This document shows, one piece after another, positions 26,457 through 32,000 of a stretch of DNA of 32,000 nt. The notes beneath the pieces were generated by a model. That model was not told where the DNA came from. It saw only the letters and a program-made list of their open reading frames with translations, and searched no databases. Each line of letters opens with the position of its first letter. Position 1 is the first letter of the stretch. The stretch comes from Candidatus Heimdallarchaeota archaeon B3_Heim (GTDB lineage: Archaea > Asgardarchaeota > Heimdallarchaeia > Hodarchaeales > Hodarchaeaceae), in NCBI GenBank assembly GCA_003144275.1, contig NJBF01000039.1:1-32000 (forward strand), read 5' to 3'. The position numbers were made by a program, and so were the translations under genes.

Positions 26457-27164
26457 GTGTTAGAAATGATTGATAAAATCGGTTTAATAGGTGGCACTGG
26501 TCCATTAGGACAAGGATTAGCTTTACGGTGGGGATTAGTAGGCGAACCAGTCTGTATGGGTTCAAGGCAGCAGGAAAAAGCGGACAAAATTGCTCTTGAA
26601 ATAAATTCGAAGTTAAATAGTCAGATAATTCAACCTATGACAAATGAGGATTGTATTCAAGAAGCAGACATTATTCTCATCACTACTCCATTTAATTTCA
26701 TGATTAAAACGATAGAACCATTATTACCTCACTTAACGGTGGAAAAAATCCTTGTCGATGTCACTGTTCCTCTGAAACCGTTTGAAAAGGGAAAAATGGT
26801 TGACATTCTACCACCAATGGACTTAAAAGCTCAAAGTGCCACGGAACTCCTACGAAAAGTTGTTCCTCCTAACATACCTGTAGTAGGTGCCTTTAAAACC
26901 CTATCAAATTCCACATTACGAGATATTAACAGATTACCAACCTTATATCAGGATGTTTTCATTTTTAGTAAAGATAAAGAAGCTAAAAATAGAGTGAAGG
27001 AGAAAGCCCTTAAAATTGAGCACCTCCGACCTGTTGACGCTGGAGGAACGCTTTCAGCAAGACATGTGGAAAGATTTACTGCCTTCCTCATTGGTCTCAA
27101 TCGAAGATATAAAACACATGATTCTGGAATTAAAGTTTCAGGACTACCTACACGAAAATGGTAA
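26457..27164 (+). CDS. npdG: NADPH-dependent F420 reductase (F420H2:NADP+ oxidoreductase)
   Basis: IGLIGGTGPLGQGLALRW, GSRQQEKA, ILVDVTVPL, VVGAFKTLS, RPVDAGGTLSARHVERFTAFLIGLNRRYK. ATG at 26466 is an alternative start. Confidence 0.9.
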   Translation: MLEMIDKIGLIGGTGPLGQGLALRWGLVGEPVCMGSRQQEKADKIALEINSKLNSQIIQPMTNEDCIQEADIILITTPFNFMIKTIEPLLPHLTVEKILVDVTVPLKPFEKGKMVDILPPMDLKAQSATELLRKVVPPNIPVVGAFKTLSNSTLRDINRLPTLYQDVFIFSKDKEAKNRVKEKALKIEHLRPVDAGGTLSARHVERFTAFLIGLNRRYKTHDSGIKVSGLPTRKW

Positions 27165-27168
27165 TTAT

Positions 27169-28794
27169 TTAGATGCTTGGTTTAAAAGTATCTATTATCT
27201 GTTTTTGTGATTTAGAGATATTATAATGGTTGAGGATAAACTCGTCCAATTGAGTTATTTCCTCATTTCCCAAACATTTTTCTCTCTCTATCTTCATTTC
27301 TTCGATTTTTTGTTCCTCTAATGCGGAAAATGGTAATTTAATGGGAAGTCGCTTCAAATAGTTGATTGCTATTTTAGGAAATATTTTCTTTACCGTTTTA
27401 AACTTATGGTTAAGATAAAAAGTCAATAACGAGGAGTTTAATATGATTTCTAAGTGTTTTAAATTGAAATGAGACCATTGTGGGTTGAAGGTAATTATAT
27501 ACACATCGCACACACAAAAAAGCCTGTTTGGATCATAAACTGCTATAAGCTCACGACCAATTCTTCGGAGGAGCAATTTAGGTGTCATATACATTGATTT
27601 ATCTTTAAAAATTGATTTCCTGTTCGAATCGAAATCAATATATCTCTTATCTCCTACTATGGAAAATTTACTGATATTTCTCCCAGCTATCAATGGTATA
27701 GAATCCTTTGTAGAAGGTGTTTCGCTAGTTAAGGTTGACTTAAATCCTAACTCGATTCCACGTGTAATAGATGCAATATCCTTTAGAAATAGCGAATCTA
27801 TTTCCATAATCTCAAGAATTTCAGTAATTTCTGTAGCCATATCAGGTACAATGTACCTAAACTTCTGATCCATAATCATACTTTGGTCATTCTTTTTAAT
27901 CTGAGAAATTCCACTTTCAACTGAATACCTACTGAATTCAATGATATTGGAAAGACTCTTCTCGGCTTCAGTTTTCTTATATCCCATTACAATGCATGTT
28001 TCAACAGATACTGAAGGAAATACATTGTCATCCAACATTATGATTTTCTTGATGTAAATCTGATTGAGTAATAAATCCCTGAATGCTTGATATCGAAAGT
28101 TTGTAGTGAAGTTATTCGGAATAAGGAAGATTAACGCTCCTCCTTCTCGTAATAGATGTATTGACCGTTCCACAAATAGAAGATAACTTTCTATTTCGGG
28201 ATCAACACCTTCAAAAATTCTTCTATAGATATTTTTCTCTTCTGAAGTAAATGAAATCCCAAAGGGGGGATTTCCTATACAAATATCATATCCCTCTTTA
28301 GTATTAGGTAAGGGCCATTCATAAAACCAATGAAACGCATTTTTAACCAAACTTATGTCTGGCTGAGTAATGTTAAGATCATCGAAGAAATAACGAGTTA
28401 ATTTTTCTTCTGTATAATAATTCTTCATGGTTTTAGGAGGTTTAATATACCCAATTAACGCATTACCAGTTTTAAACGAAATTTCAATATCCTGATTAGT
28501 CGCTAATTCCCTTTTTTTTGACTCACATAAATTTATAGATTCATTATTTATATCTAAACCATGCAAAATTAGTTTAAAGTTTTTTAGATCACTTGCTCTG
28601 ATGTTGTTCCGGTGTTTCATAATTTCAAATAAAAATCTACCATCTCCAACTGAATTATCAAGGATGCTGATACTTCTAGAACCAAGTGGTTGGTTCAGAA
28701 TCTTGTTAATAAAATCGAGAGAGAGATTGACCATTAATTTTACAATTGCTTGTGGAGTTGGGATCGCTCCTAGTGGTTCTTTTCCTTTATTCAC
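27169..28794 (-). CDS. N6-adenine DNA methyltransferase (Eco57I/TaqI-like, with TRD), no nuclease domain
   Basis: GAIPTPQAIV (motif X), ILDNSVGDGRF (motif I), GLDIN, GNAL, FHWFYEWP, DICIGNPPF (28261-28272), DNVFPSVSVETCI; TaqI-C-like PKLLLRRIG and FPKIAINYLKRLPI. GTG start with SD. Confidence 0.9.
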   Translation of the reverse strand: MNKGKEPLGAIPTPQAIVKLMVNLSLDFINKILNQPLGSRSISILDNSVGDGRFLFEIMKHRNNIRASDLKNFKLILHGLDINNESINLCESKKRELATNQDIEISFKTGNALIGYIKPPKTMKNYYTEEKLTRYFFDDLNITQPDISLVKNAFHWFYEWPLPNTKEGYDICIGNPPFGISFTSEEKNIYRRIFEGVDPEIESYLLFVERSIHLLREGGALIFLIPNNFTTNFRYQAFRDLLLNQIYIKKIIMLDDNVFPSVSVETCIVMGYKKTEAEKSLSNIIEFSRYSVESGISQIKKNDQSMIMDQKFRYIVPDMATEITEILEIMEIDSLFLKDIASITRGIELGFKSTLTSETPSTKDSIPLIAGRNISKFSIVGDKRYIDFDSNRKSIFKDKSMYMTPKLLLRRIGRELIAVYDPNRLFCVCDVYIITFNPQWSHFNLKHLEIILNSSLLTFYLNHKFKTVKKIFPKIAINYLKRLPIKLPFSALEEQKIEEMKIEREKCLGNEEITQLDEFILNHYNISKSQKQIIDTFKPSI

Positions 28795-28799
28795 CTTTC

Positions 28800-30542
28800 T
28801 TATTCCCCCTCCAAAATTATCTGCTTTTCATTTTGAGATAATTCATAAAGATTGAAAACAATTTCGTCTATAATGGACCTAACATATTCCATCCTTGAAT
28901 ATTTTCCAAATATCCCTTCGACGTAAGATTTATTGACTTTAATTCCTATTTGTTTTCCTAACCATGATAAGTCGTCTACATTTCTTGTTCGAAAAAACCT
29001 ATCAATCTGCTTCATTAACTTAAAGGGATTACTTGTATGATTTTTCTGATTATATATTGACTGATTAACCATTTCATCTAGCAGTTGTTTTAGCTCCTTC
29101 CCTTCATTAAGATACAATTTGAAGATTTCTCCAATCACGAAGAATTGGTCTACGTTTGATTCCTTTTTTGCTGACAAACAAATATTGGGAAGCTGACTCT
29201 TTTCTACCATTTTCTTAATTTTACTACGGAAGTCAGAATTCGAATCACCATCCAAACGAGGAATTATTAGTTTATTTAGATATGGTTTATCTAAATCTTT
29301 GCTTGTTACAAATCGTTTAGTATATACTGCATTTTGTAACCACCAATTTATAAACTTAGATTGAAGTAAAGCACCATATGCATAAATATCATTAGACGAA
29401 GAATAAGGAGGAATTATGTTAATGACAGTTTCATGAGTAAGGTAGACACCTAAGGAATCAACCCAAATTGGAAGATCCAGTTGGAATTTTGGTTTGGTTT
29501 TATAAGCAATAATACGTTGTCCAATTATTTTAGGTTGTTTTAACCTTTTAAACTTAATTTCAGGAACAGCTTCATTTACATAATTACGTTCTGGAAATAA
29601 AAATCCGTGTGTAAGCGAAACTTTTTCTATTAATGGAGTAGATACGTCTTTTACACGAAATCGACTACTTAAACCACGAAAAGCAGTCCATTCGATTCTT
29701 CTGTGATCTTTTAGGAGCTTTTCCATTAGTTTCTGCTCTGAGGGAGTGACACCCACTAAAAAATTATCGAAACGAATCGCGTTTTGAGTCTTTACGGTTG
29801 AAATGAAAGCTAGCTTTTCATTCACAGGATCCCAGATCCCTGTTCGGAACTCTAAAGATGGAGAGATTTTTTGTAGTGTGAGGGCAACTTGCTCTTGCAA
29901 TTGACCAGAAAATTGATTTGCTAAATCAAATACTTCTAAAAGACGAACCTGGGTTAGACATAATTGTCGAAATATTTTCCATTTATTAGAGTAAATAAAA
30001 GGTTTAGGTAAAATAAATGAAAGGATACCCCTGTCTTTCAAGAGATTAATTGACTTCAGTACGAAATAAAGAGCGGATTCTGACGGAATATTCTCTTGGA
30101 CATCTTTAGGACGCAATTTTCTTATTTTATCCCACTCTTGTGGAGAATATTTCGCATGATGAGGAGGGTTAGATATGATTAAATCGTATTTTGTTCCTTG
30201 ATTCTCTGTATCAAATTCAGTCAGAAAATTTTTGAGATGAAAAACAACAGAACATCTATCATCTTTAACAGAGTTAATTACTAATGATTTAGCTCTTGAG
30301 AGCGCAGAAGGGTCAATATCTAACGCATCGATATTGATAGAACAAAATTTATTCTTTAATATCTGAATAAGTGTTCTACAAAAAATTCCTTCTCCAGCTG
30401 ATGGGTCTAACACTGAGAGAGTATCATTATCTCTTGGGTCATCAAGATAATAGACAATGTTTCCAATTATTGCCTGTACAATGTTTTCAGGTGTAAAATA
30501 TTGCCCTTTTTCGCGCTGAGTACGTGACAAGCTGAGTCCCAA
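28800..30542 (-). CDS. N6-adenine DNA methyltransferase (TaqI/Eco57I-like, with TRD), NPPH variant
   Basis: KGQYFTPENIV, VLDPSAGEGIF, ALDID, NFL, DLIISNPPH (30159-30170), LKDRGILSFILPK, FRGLS, PKIIGQRI, LLQSKFINWW. Confidence 0.88.
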   Translation of the reverse strand: MGLSLSRTQREKGQYFTPENIVQAIIGNIVYYLDDPRDNDTLSVLDPSAGEGIFCRTLIQILKNKFCSINIDALDIDPSALSRAKSLVINSVKDDRCSVVFHLKNFLTEFDTENQGTKYDLIISNPPHHAKYSPQEWDKIRKLRPKDVQENIPSESALYFVLKSINLLKDRGILSFILPKPFIYSNKWKIFRQLCLTQVRLLEVFDLANQFSGQLQEQVALTLQKISPSLEFRTGIWDPVNEKLAFISTVKTQNAIRFDNFLVGVTPSEQKLMEKLLKDHRRIEWTAFRGLSSRFRVKDVSTPLIEKVSLTHGFLFPERNYVNEAVPEIKFKRLKQPKIIGQRIIAYKTKPKFQLDLPIWVDSLGVYLTHETVINIIPPYSSSNDIYAYGALLQSKFINWWLQNAVYTKRFVTSKDLDKPYLNKLIIPRLDGDSNSDFRSKIKKMVEKSQLPNICLSAKKESNVDQFFVIGEIFKLYLNEGKELKQLLDEMVNQSIYNQKNHTSNPFKLMKQIDRFFRTRNVDDLSWLGKQIGIKVNKSYVEGIFGKYSRMEYVRSIIDEIVFNLYELSQNEKQIILEGE

Positions 30543-30557
30543 AAATCGTTTTTTTCA

Positions 30558-32000
30558 CTAAGAGCTGACATTCAACATATCTTTAATTTTCTTCGCAGTG
30601 AAAGTCTTACCAGTAAGTACATTACCACTCATTATAATAAGACGATGATTATTTTTGTTGATCATTGATACCAAATTTTTCACCTTCAAATCGTAATTAT
30701 CTGATCTAGTCGATAGCTCAACAACGTGACTCTTACTCGGAACATAGAGAGAAGATTCATACGTCCTAATTAATTTTTCATAACGCACAAAAATTGAGAG
30801 ATCTGCATCGCTCTTGGTTAGAGATTCTTCTTCTTGACCTCTGGCGTCGAAATTTAATTTCAGAGCTTCCTTAGATACATTAATATGGACAAAAATCGGA
30901 TTGAAAACTCTAAATTGCTTGATTAAATTCTCTCGATGATTTGGATGTGAGGGGGAATTAAAATTAGTTCCATCAAAAAATACGACATTGGATTTATTTC
31001 TACGTAGATGACAGGAAATAAGCCATATTGCGAGTCGATAAGTATGGGTACTCTCCCAAGTGGAATAATTTGGTTTATTCATACGATATAATTTTCGAAT
31101 ATGATCTGTTGATATTATATTGATCTTCGGAATTTTTAACGCAGTACATAAGTTTACAACCATTTTAATTCGATTGAGAATTTCATACAACTCTTTTTTT
31201 GAATTAAGTGATGGTTTAACCTCGACTTGCTCACGTAATAGGGTTAAACAAATTCCAATAAACTCTCGTTGTATAGCTTTTGTCTTATCTATGTTTAAGT
31301 AAGCAACAACATCATTTCCATTGATCTTCAAATCTTTCAAATAAATTGGGCTTTGTGAGGCACTTCTCAGTTTTATATCCTTTAACAATGCTTCAATGGG
31401 ATCAGCCTCATTCCCTAACAACTTCCATGCTTTGATAAAATTAAGGTAATCTTCAAGGAATCTAGGATCGATTCTGAAAAGGAATTTCCTTAGTGCATAG
31501 TTTTTTGAAATTTCAGGAGCTAGAGTAGAATAAGGTAAAGGGACCGAATAAATTGTTAAAATGTGTATTATATCATCAATTTGCTTGTTTGGGAATTTGA
31601 GTCCTTTAAGGATACCAATAATCAACTTCTTGTCTAATTTAGGGACAGCATGTGATAACTTATAATCAGTAGCTGATAATTGATGAATAAGAACAGAAAA
31701 TCTGAGATTTACTGAAGAATTGTTGGTAAGATTGTCTATAATACGAAAAGTAATTTCTAATCGTGATAAACCTAAACCTGATATGAGAGTATGCATGAAT
31801 TCAGTATTAAATTGAGGGATTAACTTAGCTAGTACCCCTGTAGTATGTAAGAAGTGCACAGCTTGTTGCCAATATCGCCCCGACATCAATTTCTGTAATT
31901 CAGTTCCAATTCGTTCCTTTGCAACTTGATCAAATACATCTAAATGTCTAGGAACCGCTGCAAGAGATGAATTCTCAACAGAATACCCTAATTCTGAAAC
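30558..32000 (-). CDS. cca: Class II CCA-adding/tRNA nucleotidyltransferase (5'-truncated) fused to a C-terminal P-loop kinase-like domain
   Basis: The frame is open from 32000: VSELGYSVENSSLAAVPRHLDVFDQVAKERIGTELQKLMSG...FLHTTGVL matches the class II 'LGF.I...T..A+...VS.ERI..EL.K+' neck. LRFSVLIH, LKFPNK and LKINGNDV...IG..L..L.E.V...P.LN.KKEL match the Bacillus/Clostridium-type tail. The last ~190 aa carry kinase motifs ISTDHIRK, FDGTNF and GNVLTGKT. Confidence 0.85.
   Translation of the reverse strand, partial: VSELGYSVENSSLAAVPRHLDVFDQVAKERIGTELQKLMSGRYWQQAVHFLHTTGVLAKLIPQFNTEFMHTLISGLGLSRLEITFRIIDNLTNNSSVNLRFSVLIHQLSATDYKLSHAVPKLDKKLIIGILKGLKFPNKQIDDIIHILTIYSVPLPYSTLAPEISKNYALRKFLFRIDPRFLEDYLNFIKAWKLLGNEADPIEALLKDIKLRSASQSPIYLKDLKINGNDVVAYLNIDKTKAIQREFIGICLTLLREQVEVKPSLNSKKELYEILNRIKMVVNLCTALKIPKINIISTDHIRKLYRMNKPNYSTWESTHTYRLAIWLISCHLRRNKSNVVFFDGTNFNSPSHPNHRENLIKQFRVFNPIFVHINVSKEALKLNFDARGQEEESLTKSDADLSIFVRYEKLIRTYESSLYVPSKSHVVELSTRSDNYDLKVKNLVSMINKNNHRLIIMSGNVLTGKTFTAKKIKDMLNVSS

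Noticed and set aside
27169-30542. MTases as BREX PglX or DISARM components
   Set aside because: Both are much shorter than PglX, and no brxC, pglZ, drmA or drmD-like genes are in the window.
27016-31302. ORFs 27016..27210, 27659..27868, 28601..28855, 31120..31302
   Set aside because: Shadow ORFs over npdG, the MTases or cca. None resembles a restriction nuclease or controller protein.
1-32000. tRNA, rRNA, IS elements, integrases or prophage genes
   Set aside because: All intergenic gaps are short and AT-rich with no cloverleaf or T-loop motifs, and no ORF shows transposase, recombinase or capsid motifs.

Overview
AT-rich, gene-dense prokaryotic window, inferred to come from an Asgard archaeon (possibly Heimdallarchaeia-like). 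The inference rests on a profilin, a tandem longin-like protein, an F420H2:NADP+ oxidoreductase and GGAGG/GGTGA ribosome-binding sites. Left to right it holds: the tail of a DUF58/membrane-protein cluster; a SAM methyltransferase and MTA/SAH-type deaminase; an 8-repeat FG-GAP surface protein; two coiled-coil proteins; padR plus a membrane partner, divergent from a four-gene ABC-2 exporter, with a histidine-kinase relic between them; a C-terminally anchored surface protein; a class I aminotransferase; a longin-like protein; an EF-Tu-domain-II-like miniprotein; a REC-5xPAS protein; a Gfo/Idh/MocA dehydrogenase; a zinc-ribbon/M50-like membrane protein; a YdjM-like hydrolase; profilin-phosphomannomutase-fno; and a minus-strand run of cca plus two N6-adenine DNA methyltransferases. 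The most unusual item is a bacterial/eukaryote-type (class II) CCA-adding enzyme fused to what looks like a circularly permuted P-loop kinase, with Walker A at the extreme C-terminus. Next are an apparently catalytically dead site-2-protease homolog fused to four double zinc ribbons, and a coiled-coil protein with a HEPN-like tail. I saw no tRNA, rRNA, CRISPR array or transposase. All family assignments come from motif recognition by eye; no searches were run.
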